Shown: in pieces, positions 10,190-19,608 of the stretch
Layout: each line of letters starts with the position of its first letter
Numbering within the stretch: position 1 is the first letter of the stretch
Assembly: GCA_048887225.1 (NCBI GenBank)
Contig: JBHLJY010000002.1
Coordinates: 32,001-96,000, forward strand
Source of the DNA: Candidatus Hodarchaeota archaeon
GTDB taxonomy: Archaea > Asgardarchaeota > Lokiarchaeia > Sigyniarchaeales > SOKP01
DNA length: 64,000 nt
Reading direction: 5' to 3'
Made by a program: the position numbers and the translations under genes
Notes under the pieces: generated by a model
What the model saw: the letters and a program-made list of their open reading frames with translations, nothing else
Databases searched by the model: none
Told to the model about the DNA's origin: nothing

Positions 10190-11008
10190 TTAGTCTCGAA
10201 TAAAATTGAATGTTCCATTAAATTTATTCACCTTGGCTTCAATAACCTCTAAAACCTCAGAAAGTATGTTTTCAGCATCCAAATAATCCTTTGAGACGAT
10301 TTCAAGACGATAATATGGGGCTGCGATATAACTAATGCTTAAGTTTCTAGTTTCTTTTGGATTTTTTATAATATTTTTAGCTTCAATTAAAGATTCTTTA
10401 ATTAGATCAATTCCATTTTCGTCATTATAAGAAAGTTGAATTTTTCCAACAATGTTAATAGTTGATATTTTTATATTCTCATTAATTATCTGCAAGAAAG
10501 CTTTTTTCACATCTTCAGGAACATTTTTTATATCCTTTAAGATATTTTTTCCATTTTCTTTAAGTTCTTCAATAGTTTCTTGATAAGTATTATATCTATC
10601 TAATATGGGAAATCCAATTAGCTCGTAAGCATCATCAAAAGTTAAATCTTTAGCATCAACTAAAAATTGTAATAAATTTTCGAATTTTAAGGCATATTTC
10701 CATTCCTTCATTCGAACTTCTCTTTGAGCCGAATTAACCCTTCTTAAAGATAAATCAATGTGTCCCTTTGTTGGTTCTACACGCAGGACTCTTAACACAA
10801 CTCTTTGACCAACTCTTACATGATGTCGTATATTTTTTACCCATCGGCTTGATATTTCGCTAATATGAATCATGCCTCTCGCAACGTCATCCGTATTTAA
10901 ACCTTCATAGTCTATTAAGTCTACATAAACATATTGATCATGAACATCGGTCACTTTTCCGACTACGAATTCTCCTTCCTTTGGAAATTTTGTTCTTGAA
11001 CGAACCAT
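10190..11008 (-). CDS. eif2a: Translation initiation factor 2 alpha subunit
   Basis: FPKEGEFVVGKV, GMIHISEISSRWVKNIR, KGHIDLSLRRV, IAAPYYR. Confidence 0.96.
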   Translation of the reverse strand: MVRSRTKFPKEGEFVVGKVTDVHDQYVYVDLIDYEGLNTDDVARGMIHISEISSRWVKNIRHHVRVGQRVVLRVLRVEPTKGHIDLSLRRVNSAQREVRMKEWKYALKFENLLQFLVDAKDLTFDDAYELIGFPILDRYNTYQETIEELKENGKNILKDIKNVPEDVKKAFLQIINENIKISTINIVGKIQLSYNDENGIDLIKESLIEAKNIIKNPKETRNLSISYIAAPYYRLEIVSKDYLDAENILSEVLEVIEAKVNKFNGTFNFIRD

Positions 11009-11172
11009 TACTTTTTATGTTTTATAGATTTATTACAATAGATTTTGTACATTCCTTAATTTTTTATAGAGTAATATAATTTTTTATCTTTATTATTTTG
11101 ATTAACTTAAAATTTATTTTTAGTCTTTTTTTAAGATTTTATAGATTTCAAATATTTATCAAGTGATAAAAA

Positions 11173-11628
11173 ATACCTAATTGGATCGTACATATAAAAT
11201 GGTGTAAAAAAGCTGGAATTGATGAATTAGTTGCGATTATCGTAAATAGATTCATAGATTATGGCTCTCATTACAGTATGTATGATAAAGAAATTTTATC
11301 TATTTACAATGAAAATGAGAGAATAATTGATCGCCAGCTAAAATATTTTTACCTAATGGATAAAGAAAAAAAATATAGCAATGAGAATCTCTATATTAAA
11401 GCATATTATCTTCATCACTTATTAGATTATTTTACGGAAACTCGTGTCGAGATAAATAATATAGAGCTTATTTTTGATAAATTTTTAGAAGATAAAGTAA
11501 TAGTAGAATTATCCGATAATGGTAAAATAATCAACTTTAGAAAAGAAATTAAAGAAATATTTCAATTGCTAAGAGAAAATAAACAAGAATTATATGATGA
11601 TTTTAAGGGATTGCATTTAATTAGCTAA
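11173..11628 (+). CDS. Hypothetical protein, possible metal-binding helical protein; frame extends upstream of the ATG at 11278 to an ATA
   Basis: Open frame from 11170: (I/M)PNWIVHIKWCKKAGIDE...FIDYG...YYLHHLLDY; spaced His/Asp residues. Confidence 0.55.
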   Translation: MPNWIVHIKWCKKAGIDELVAIIVNRFIDYGSHYSMYDKEILSIYNENERIIDRQLKYFYLMDKEKKYSNENLYIKAYYLHHLLDYFTETRVEINNIELIFDKFLEDKVIVELSDNGKIINFRKEIKEIFQLLRENKQELYDDFKGLHLIS

Positions 11629-11835
11629 AACGAAATAAAAAAAAAAGAAAAAATCATTAAATACAAAATCTTTCATTTATTTCCCTAGACAATCCTTTAT
11701 CTTTCCAATATAGTAAAGAATTTAAATTCCAGATCATTTAAGTTCATTATCAAATTATAATTGATATTATTATTAGGAATTAAAAATTAAGTATATTAAT
11801 TCTATTTTAAAATAAATATGGAAATTGATTGAAAA

Positions 11836-13134
11836 ATGGTTGACAAGCAACATTTAAATCTAGTAATTATAGGTCATATCGACCACGGCAAATCAACAAT
11901 GATGGGCGCATTACTTATAGAAACAGGAGCAGTAACAGATAGAGAAGCAAGAGAGCTTGAAAAACTCGCTAAAGAATATGATCGAGAATCATGGTCCTAC
12001 GCTTTCGTTTTCGATAGATTAAAAGAGGAGCGTCAACGCGGAATTACAATTGATCTTGCGTTTAGAAAATTCGAGACTCCAAATCGATACTTTACAATTA
12101 TCGATGCTCCAGGTCACGCTGATTTTGTTAAGAACATGATTACAGGGGCATCACAAGCGGATGCAGCAATTTTAGTCGTTTCTGGTAAAAAAGGGGAAAT
12201 GGAAGTAGGTATTGCTGCAAATGGACAAACAAGGGAACATGCCTATCTCGCGCAGACTTTAGGGGTTAAACAACTCGTAGTTGCAGTTAATAAAGCGGAT
12301 GTCTGGGATTATAATGAAGAGAGATTTAATGAAGTCGTTGATAATGTATCCGATCTCCTTAGAAACATTGGCTTTCCAGTAAAAAAGATCCCATTTATTC
12401 CATGTAGTGGTCTTGATATGGAGAACTTATCGAAATCTAGTGATAAAATGCCATGGTATAAAGGACCAACATTAATTGATGCTATTGATCTTTTTGAAAT
12501 TCCTCCAAAGCCAACCGATAAACCTTTAAGACTTCCAATCCAAGACTCTTATTCAATTAAAGGAACGGGCGTAGTTCCCGTTGGTAGGGTTGAGACTGGA
12601 ATTTTAAAGAAGGGAGATAAAATTATTATTATGCCAACTGGTTTTAAAGGCGAAATTAGATCAATTGAAATGCATCACGAAGAAATACCTCAGGCCGAGC
12701 CTGGAGATAATGTTGGTTTCAGTATCAGAGGAATTAGCATGAAAGACGCAGGCAGAGGCGATTGTTTAGGACATCCTGACAACCCTCCTACAGTAGTTAC
12801 TCCAAATGGAAAATGGACGGGACAAATCATTGTAATTTGGCATCCAACTGCTATTGCACAAGGTTATACTCCTGTTATTCATGCTCATACAGCACAGGTC
12901 GCTGCAAAATTTACCAGCCTTGTTAAAAAATTAGATCAAAAAACTGGGGCCGTTATAGAGGATAATCCTAAGTTCCTCAAGAGAAATGAAGCCGCAATTG
13001 TAGATTTAAGTCCAATAAAAAAAATGTGTATTGAAAAATATACTGAGATTCCTGAAATGGGCCGATTTGCAGTGCGTGACATGGGGAGAACTGTTGCAGT
13101 AGGAATTGTCAAAGATTTGGAGACAGGAGCGTAG
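11836..13134 (+). CDS. tuf: Elongation factor 1-alpha
   Basis: GHIDHGKST, RGITID, DAPGHADFVKNMITGASQAD, NKAD, GRFAVRDMG. Confidence 0.98.
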   Translation: MVDKQHLNLVIIGHIDHGKSTMMGALLIETGAVTDREARELEKLAKEYDRESWSYAFVFDRLKEERQRGITIDLAFRKFETPNRYFTIIDAPGHADFVKNMITGASQADAAILVVSGKKGEMEVGIAANGQTREHAYLAQTLGVKQLVVAVNKADVWDYNEERFNEVVDNVSDLLRNIGFPVKKIPFIPCSGLDMENLSKSSDKMPWYKGPTLIDAIDLFEIPPKPTDKPLRLPIQDSYSIKGTGVVPVGRVETGILKKGDKIIIMPTGFKGEIRSIEMHHEEIPQAEPGDNVGFSIRGISMKDAGRGDCLGHPDNPPTVVTPNGKWTGQIIVIWHPTAIAQGYTPVIHAHTAQVAAKFTSLVKKLDQKTGAVIEDNPKFLKRNEAAIVDLSPIKKMCIEKYTEIPEMGRFAVRDMGRTVAVGIVKDLETGA

Positions 13135-13140
13135 GAAATT

Positions 13141-13200
13141 AATTTTTTTTTTAGATTATTTTTATTTTTCGTTATTTTTTTTGGTTTCTGTCTTTTTACA
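13141..13200 (+). terminator. T-rich archaeal terminator region after EF-1a
   Basis: Several oligo-T runs immediately after the stop codon. Confidence 0.5.
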
Positions 13201-13356
13201 TTCTTCTTTATTAGTAGCTTTAACTTTACTTTCCACCTTGAACAAATTTATTATTTAAATTTAGGTATAACACCTTCATGATATCTAAATATTATTCTGT
13301 TTTTTGAGGTATTATTTGGGTTTTCTAATTAACAAATCTTCAAATAGAAGACTCGA

Positions 13357-13845
13357 TTGGAAATGATTCATATTAAAAACAAGATATGCATTATTGGAGA
13401 ATCTGGAGTGGGAAAAACTTCACTATTGACTCTATTACAAGGTGAGGAGGTAAAAAAAGGAAGGGATCCAACTATTGGATTGGAGATTAAAATAGAAAAA
13501 TTAGCTCATTATGGTAAAGTGTCTTTATGGGATTTTGGCGGGCAAAAAAGATTCAAATTTATGTGGAAGGACTTTTTGAGAGGGGCAGGTTTAACTGTAT
13601 TAGTTACCGATTCATCGGAAGACAATGTTTCTAAAAGTAAAGAGCTCTATGAAAGATTCGCGCGTCATGCTGTAAATTCCAAAATCATTGCCATAGCAAA
13701 TAAGCAAGATCTTCCAAATGTTCTGAGTGAAATAGAAGTACAGAAGAAATTAGGTGGCATAAAGACATATGGAATGAGCGCTATTCGTCCTGATTTGCGT
13801 CAAAGGATGCATGATATATTAGAATATGAGATGAGTTCAGAATGA
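13357..13845 (+). CDS. Small Ras-superfamily GTPase (Arf/Rab-like)
   Basis: G1 GESGVGKTS, G2 PTIG, G3 WDFGGQ, G4 NKQD, G5 SAI. Confidence 0.9.
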   Translation: MEMIHIKNKICIIGESGVGKTSLLTLLQGEEVKKGRDPTIGLEIKIEKLAHYGKVSLWDFGGQKRFKFMWKDFLRGAGLTVLVTDSSEDNVSKSKELYERFARHAVNSKIIAIANKQDLPNVLSEIEVQKKLGGIKTYGMSAIRPDLRQRMHDILEYEMSSE

Positions 13846-13886
13846 CTTTTTATTTTTTTCTAATGTAATTTTACTCTTTTAAATTC

Positions 13887-14450
13887 TTAAAATAATTTTC
13901 CTATTATATGAGCAAGGCGAATAGGCTCGGGAATTTTCGAATCAATGCACACTTTTTGTAATAACAATTCTACTTCATCTAATTTAATCCCTTTAGAATG
14001 AAAAAAAATCCTTGATAAACCCCCGGCAGTTTCAATCTCAGTCTCATATAAATTTCCTGCATTAATTATTTTTTGAATTTTTAAATCGTAATTATGAGGA
14101 AATTTTTTTATTAAGGCCTTATTAACTGAGTTTAGATCAACTTCTTTTTCGGTAATGGCTATTATAGGTTTTTTTGTTTCATTGTAAATTTCTTTTAAAT
14201 CAATTATATTAAACCCCCCAAATGTTATTGTGTCAGTTAAAATATATTGAACATGATTTTCGTTTTGTTTTGTGAGTTCAATTAAAGCTCCAGTCGCATC
14301 TTGACCATCGATTTTAATTTCTTTTCTAACCACATTAACCATTCGTTTCCCTTGACAAATTACGCCTATTAATTGAGTTGTATTTTGTGAAGTCGATTTA
14401 AGCGCAAAAGGCGCATCATCGAATCCGATAGTTATAGGATATTCTTTCAT
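13887..14450 (-). CDS. DUF99 family endonuclease V-like protein
   Basis: IGFDDAPF, IDGQDAT, TITFGGFNIID, KIPEPIRLAHII. Confidence 0.85.
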   Translation of the reverse strand: MKEYPITIGFDDAPFALKSTSQNTTQLIGVICQGKRMVNVVRKEIKIDGQDATGALIELTKQNENHVQYILTDTITFGGFNIIDLKEIYNETKKPIIAITEKEVDLNSVNKALIKKFPHNYDLKIQKIINAGNLYETEIETAGGLSRIFFHSKGIKLDEVELLLQKVCIDSKIPEPIRLAHIIGKLF

Positions 14451-14453
14451 ATT

Positions 14454-14909
14454 TTAATTTTGAGGTAAATATTTTCTTATATAAATTAGAAAATTTGAAA
14501 AGGCCGTCGTCGCACAACGTATCTCATCAATCCTACTTTCTAAAGGTCCTGAAAAATTATCGGTTAAAAAATCAATAATTTCATTTATGGACATTTTATT
14601 ACTTAGCCAGATAAAAGCTATTATCGCTTCTACAGTATTAGCAAGATCGTGAGCATCAGCCCTATTCTTAGCAAAACCTTTCATATCGGCGTTTTTTAAA
14701 GCATCGGCTAAAATTATTTTACTTACTTTTAATCCAGTACGTAAAATTTTATTTTTATTTAAACTATTTCTTGTTAAATATATTGACTTTGCCACGGAAT
14801 ACGTTAAATTAACGATAGCATCTCCTATTTTAGCTAAGCCTTTATCAGTTCCAATACTCTTTTGAGAATTAATTCGATTCAGATCCTTAATTAAAAACTC
14901 ATAAGCCAT
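14454..14909 (-). CDS. Archaeal RNase III-like domain protein
   Basis: DKGLAKIGDAIVNLTYS...KVSKIILADALK...HDLANTVEAIIA; rpoL neighbourhood. Confidence 0.75.
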   Translation of the reverse strand: MAYEFLIKDLNRINSQKSIGTDKGLAKIGDAIVNLTYSVAKSIYLTRNSLNKNKILRTGLKVSKIILADALKNADMKGFAKNRADAHDLANTVEAIIAFIWLSNKMSINEIIDFLTDNFSGPLESRIDEIRCATTAFSNFLIYIRKYLPQN

Positions 14910-14964
14910 TATGATAAGTAGAATTATAACTTCTTAAAAACTTTTTACAAAAAAGTAATTAAGT

Positions 14965-15471
14965 TTACATAAGTTTTTGGAAGAGTTTTTCGACCTCTAC
15001 AACTTCTTCTTTTAATGATTCAATTCCTTTATACAAAATATCTTTAATTTTATGTTTATCTTCAAGCCTTATATAAATCTTTGGTGGTTCTAATCCTGTT
15101 ATTTTATACGCTGCGATGTTTACACCTTCGATATTTAAGAGATGTTTAATAAAAATATTGCAAAATCCGTGGGATTGCCCAATTACTTCAATTTCGTAAT
15201 CATTTTCTGCTACAACTTTATTAATTTTAAGATTGAGATATTTATAATCAGGAATTTCTGGTTTTTCTTCAAGTTCAAATTCTATCTCATCTTCATATTC
15301 ATCTTCACTTATATCCGAAGCTGTTGAAATAGTTTCTTCTGTATCAGACTTGTCTTTAGGTGTTTTTTTCGCTACCTTAGGGAGTAGGATCTCAAGTTCC
15401 TTATCTTCTAAATCTAAAAAATCATCTTCTAAATTTTCTTCTGGTTCTTTTTTATCCTTTTTCTTAGCCAT
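14965..15471 (-). CDS. rpoL: RNA polymerase subunit L (Rpo11) with long acidic N-terminal extension
   Basis: EIEVIGQSHGFCNIFIKHLLNIEGVNIAAYKI..PKIYIR; csl4 neighbourhood; likely start MAKKKD at 15471. Confidence 0.8.
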   Translation of the reverse strand: MAKKKDKKEPEENLEDDFLDLEDKELEILLPKVAKKTPKDKSDTEETISTASDISEDEYEDEIEFELEEKPEIPDYKYLNLKINKVVAENDYEIEVIGQSHGFCNIFIKHLLNIEGVNIAAYKITGLEPPKIYIRLEDKHKIKDILYKGIESLKEEVVEVEKLFQKLM

Positions 15472-15557
15472 TATAATAACTCTAAATAATTTGAACTTGT
15501 CAAACTTAATGTATAATAAAATAAATGTTTTTTGGTATGTTAAAAAATTAGAAGCAA

Positions 15558-15779
15558 TTAACACAGATATATCTCTGCTAAATCCCGTAATCTTTCACAC
15601 GCCAAGTGTTGAAGATCTTTTGAGCCGTATAATGTGATTTTAATACTTCTGCCATTGACAGTTGCGTTTAGATTAATATAATTTACTTTTTTTTGAATGT
15701 TCTCAAGAAATTTAACTGTTTTATCCAAATTTCCATTATAGTTGTAGAAATGAATAACTTTTTTTCCGGTTCTAGGCAA
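15558..15779 (-). CDS. Small protein resembling the N-terminal domain of DUF2067
   Basis: KKVIHF...KFLENIQK...IKITLYGSKD...ERLRDL; position between csl4 and rpoL. Confidence 0.5.
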   Translation of the reverse strand: MPRTGKKVIHFYNYNGNLDKTVKFLENIQKKVNYINLNATVNGRSIKITLYGSKDLQHLACERLRDLAEIYLC

Positions 15780-15847
15780 AAAACGTTAACACCTACTTGA
15801 ATATTTAAACACAATAAAGTTGATTATTAGATAATAAATTAAAAAAA

Positions 15848-16453
15848 TTATAACCTCAATTGATGAGCTACATCCCCATAATCATTTGCGAGTTTTCTTT
15901 TTTCAAAATTCCCACACAGACCGCATTTTAACTTATTAGTTCCGATTTTTTTGAGGGTTTGGCCACAGATCGAGCAGTCAGAGTGTATTACACCTAAATT
16001 TTTACCTACAGTACTTAATGTATATTCATTAGCGTTTTTATTAATCACAGTAGCCCTAATAATATCTGTAAGTTGAAAAGCATCATTAATTTTTTCTATA
16101 TATCTATTAGATATTTGCGAAACATGAATATTTCCTATATAAGAAGAATTAAAATGAATTTTTCGATTAATAGTATTAAAAGTAATTCCTATAGAAAATT
16201 TACGCAAAAAAACGACGGTTCCGATTATAATATCTCCTACATTAACAGTTTTTCTATCTTTTTCTTGATGTGTTTTTATCTCAATTTCTCGTTTTTTTTC
16301 GTCTATTGAAATCAAACCTGTTTTAGTGGCAAAAATTTGCCCCTCTTTAATGTATGTTGATTGCTCATCTGGCAGAAATTCTTCAACGACTCCTAAATAT
16401 TGTCCAGCAATAACAATCTCTTTATTTTTCGCCGTTTTTTTCACATTTCTCAT
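15848..16453 (-). CDS. csl4: Exosome RNA-binding cap protein Csl4
   Basis: GQYLGVVEEFLP, S1 domain (IHVSQIS..DIIRATVI), LGVIHSDCSICG..LKCGLCGNFEKRKLA. Confidence 0.93.
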   Translation of the reverse strand: MRNVKKTAKNKEIVIAGQYLGVVEEFLPDEQSTYIKEGQIFATKTGLISIDEKKREIEIKTHQEKDRKTVNVGDIIIGTVVFLRKFSIGITFNTINRKIHFNSSYIGNIHVSQISNRYIEKINDAFQLTDIIRATVINKNANEYTLSTVGKNLGVIHSDCSICGQTLKKIGTNKLKCGLCGNFEKRKLANDYGDVAHQLRL

Positions 16454-16548
16454 CGTAAATCTTTTATGGATAACATCTTTCTATTTTAAGTAATTATTAT
16501 TAAATAACATAAATAAATTTATGCATAATTAATCGTTATAGAGCGGAT

Positions 16549-17193
16549 ATAAAAATTAACAAAAAGGATTTAATATCTATACTTCAAAATACCCAAACAT
16601 TTATTGAGCCAAAATTAAAATTAGAACAGTATAGTATAGATGCTATGTGTGCGGTAGATCTTGTATTTTTCGCTGGTTTCGAATTCGACGACATAAAAAA
16701 CAAGTTAATTTTTGATCTCGGCGCTGGAACGGGTAGATTATCTATAGCGTGTGCTTTATTGAAAGCTGGTTGCGTCTTAAGTATAGATAGGGATTGGAGA
16801 GCTTTACATATATTAAAAAAAAATATAAAAGATCTTAACCTTGAACATATTATCTTTCCTATATGTGCCGAAGTTAAATATTTTGAAATCTCTAAATTAT
16901 TAATTCCTAAGAATCTGAAGATAACAACAATTATGAACCCTCCTTTTGGAGTTCAACATAAAACCGCTGATAGGATCTTTTTAGAAAAAGCCTTTTCAAT
17001 ATCAGATGTTGTTTACTCTATCCACTTAGCAAGTGAGAATGTCCATAATTTTCTTCTTAAATATATAAAAAAGTTTAATTGGAAAGTAGACAATGTTCTT
17101 CCGTTTATTATGGTTCTTGAAAAATCGTTTAGGTTTCACACCCAGAAGAAAAAAAAAGTTCATGTAAATGTTTATAGATACTTGAAAAAATAG
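16549..17193 (+). CDS. METTL5-like N6-adenine RNA methyltransferase; true start is upstream of the ATG at 16645
   Basis: Upstream in-frame KKDLISILQ..FIEPKLKLEQY, then DLGAGTGRL, NPPFG, DRIFLEKA, VVYSIH, FHTQKK. Confidence 0.88.
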   Translation: MKINKKDLISILQNTQTFIEPKLKLEQYSIDAMCAVDLVFFAGFEFDDIKNKLIFDLGAGTGRLSIACALLKAGCVLSIDRDWRALHILKKNIKDLNLEHIIFPICAEVKYFEISKLLIPKNLKITTIMNPPFGVQHKTADRIFLEKAFSISDVVYSIHLASENVHNFLLKYIKKFNWKVDNVLPFIMVLEKSFRFHTQKKKKVHVNVYRYLKK

Positions 17194-17219
17194 AAAAAAT
17201 TAGATAATATAATGATTAT

Positions 17220-18527
17220 TTATTGAAAACCTTTCCAAGAATCGAAATTTTTTGGATATTTTGCGTTATTTCCTAATATTTCTTCAATTCTAAGAATTTG
17301 ATTGTATTTTGCGCATCTATCGCTTCTACAAGGTGCTCCTGTCTTTATTTGACCTGTGCAGAGTCCAACAGCCAAATCAGCAATAAAAGGATCTTCGGTT
17401 TCACCAGAACGATGTGAGACCATTACGTTAAATCCATTCTTAAAAGACATTTTAGCAGCTTTAATCGCTTCCGTTAGACTTCCTATTTGATTTACCTTAA
17501 GTAACAGGGCATTCCCTGCCTTTTCTTTAATTGCCTTTTCGAGAATTTTAATATTTGTAACAGTAATATCATCATCTACAATTTGAATTGATTCCCCAAC
17601 TTTTGCAGTTAAGTGTGTAAAGCCACTAAACGCTTTTTCTTCAAAGGGGTCTTCAATTGAGTTTAAAGGATAATCGTGAATTAAATCTAAATAGTATTGC
17701 AATAGCTCTCCCTCCGTTAATTTTTTTCCATCGATATGATAATCATCATCATCTCCGTAAAATTCGCTAGCGGCAGCATCTATTCCTAATACAAAATCAG
17801 TTCCCATCATAAACCCGGCTTCCTCAATTGCGTCAATGATAACATCAATAGCGTCTCTAGTCAAAGATAAGTTTGGGGCAAATCCACCCTCATCACCAAC
17901 ATTAACGGACGGCTTCCCATATTTTTTAGATAAAAGACTTTTAAGCGTCTGATACACTTCAGATACATTTTGTATAGCCTGAGAAAAAGATTTTGCTCCG
18001 ATCGGTAATATCATGAATTCTTGGATTGCCAAATTATTTCCTGCGTGCTCACCTCCATTTAATACGTTAGAACATGGTAGAGGCAAAAGGTAATCTTCTC
18101 TAGATCTCCCGTGGCTTAATTCGTATAAATGAGCGAATAATGGTTTATCGGCCAATTTTGCTGCTAATTTTGCAACAGCAAGCGAAATAGATAATATCGC
18201 ATTGGCACCTAATTTGCTTTTATTTTCGGTGCCGTCAATGGCGATCATTTCATCGTCAATTTCTTTTTGATTCTTAACATCGAATCCTACTAATTTTTTT
18301 GCGATTATCTCATTTACATTAGATACAGCTTTAGATACATGTTTACCTAGAAACGATTTTCCTCCATCCCTTAATTCAAGTGCTTCCAAAACGCCTGTTG
18401 AAGCTCCTGAAGGTACTGCCGCTCTTCCAAAACCATCTTCAGTATACACATCAGTCTCTACCGTAGGATTTCCGCGAGAATCTAAAATCCACCTTGATTT
18501 AATTTTCTTTATTTTAAAATCAGCCAT
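17220..18527 (-). CDS. eno: Enolase
   Basis: DSRGNPTVE, VPSGASTG, GDEGGFAP, LLKVNQIG, SHRSGETED, IKTGAP. Confidence 0.98.
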   Translation of the reverse strand: MADFKIKKIKSRWILDSRGNPTVETDVYTEDGFGRAAVPSGASTGVLEALELRDGGKSFLGKHVSKAVSNVNEIIAKKLVGFDVKNQKEIDDEMIAIDGTENKSKLGANAILSISLAVAKLAAKLADKPLFAHLYELSHGRSREDYLLPLPCSNVLNGGEHAGNNLAIQEFMILPIGAKSFSQAIQNVSEVYQTLKSLLSKKYGKPSVNVGDEGGFAPNLSLTRDAIDVIIDAIEEAGFMMGTDFVLGIDAAASEFYGDDDDYHIDGKKLTEGELLQYYLDLIHDYPLNSIEDPFEEKAFSGFTHLTAKVGESIQIVDDDITVTNIKILEKAIKEKAGNALLLKVNQIGSLTEAIKAAKMSFKNGFNVMVSHRSGETEDPFIADLAVGLCTGQIKTGAPCRSDRCAKYNQILRIEEILGNNAKYPKNFDSWKGFQ

Positions 18528-18642
18528 AAATCTATACTCTGTTTTTTTAATATAATATTTAAATAAGAATTAAGAAAATTTAATCTTAATATTTTCTTCT
18601 ATTAATTATTATTATATATTTTCATCGTAAAGTTGAATTACT

Positions 18643-19608
18643 ATGTCTGTGGAAAACCGTCCTTGGGTTGAAAAATATCGCCCGCGTTCATTAAATGAAG
18701 TAATTAACCAGAATGCTATTATAAAACGTTTAAAACAATTTGTAATGGATAAATCTATGCCGCATTTGATCTTTGCAGGTCCAGCAGGGACTGGAAAAAC
18801 ATCTTCAGCTTTAGCAATGGTAAGAGATTTATACAGGAGGAAAATGGAGCTTAATCTTACTTATTTAGAATTGAATGCTAGTGATGCTCGAGGTATTGAT
18901 GTAATTAGAACTTTTATTAAAGATTTTGCTAAAGCAAGACCACCAATTGATATCCCCTTTAAAATATTAATTCTAGATGAAGCTGATAATATGACTGCCC
19001 CAGCTCAACAAGCATTAAGAAGAACAATGGAAAAATATACGAAAAATTGTCGAATGATTTTAATATGTAATTACTCAAATAAATTAATACCTCCTATTCA
19101 ATCAAGATGCGTAGTATTTAGATTTAAAGCGTTAGGTAATGAGGATATAAAAGGGAGAATTAAATTTATAGCCTCGCAAGAAAAATTAACTCTCGCTGCA
19201 AACGGATTAAACGCATTAATAGATGTTTCTAACGGAGATTGTCGAAGAGCAATAAATTATCTCCAATCATGTGGGTCTATTTCTAAAAAAATAAACCAAG
19301 AGATTGTTTTTAGTGTTGCTGGTGAAGTGCCACATGATAAAATAAAAGATATTCTTCAAACTGCCATAAAAGGGCAATTACAATTATCACTTAAACTTTT
19401 AAATGAACTTATTAAAGACTATGGTGTTTCAGGGATAAATATCATTAAAAATCTACACAGAGAAATTTATGATTTAAACGTATCGGAATCTTTAAAAATC
19501 GAACTTTCAAAACTTTTAGCAGATTTTGAGTATCGTTTAAGCCAAGGAGGAACAGAAGAGATTCAATTACAAGCTTTGCTAGCTAAGATTGTTTTACTAC
19601 ATGATTAG
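18643..19608 (+). CDS. rfcS: Replication factor C small subunit
   Basis: PWVEKYRP, GPAGTGKTS, ELNASDARG, LDEAD, AQQALRRTME, SRC. Confidence 0.97.
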   Translation: MSVENRPWVEKYRPRSLNEVINQNAIIKRLKQFVMDKSMPHLIFAGPAGTGKTSSALAMVRDLYRRKMELNLTYLELNASDARGIDVIRTFIKDFAKARPPIDIPFKILILDEADNMTAPAQQALRRTMEKYTKNCRMILICNYSNKLIPPIQSRCVVFRFKALGNEDIKGRIKFIASQEKLTLAANGLNALIDVSNGDCRRAINYLQSCGSISKKINQEIVFSVAGEVPHDKIKDILQTAIKGQLQLSLKLLNELIKDYGVSGINIIKNLHREIYDLNVSESLKIELSKLLADFEYRLSQGGTEEIQLQALLAKIVLLHD

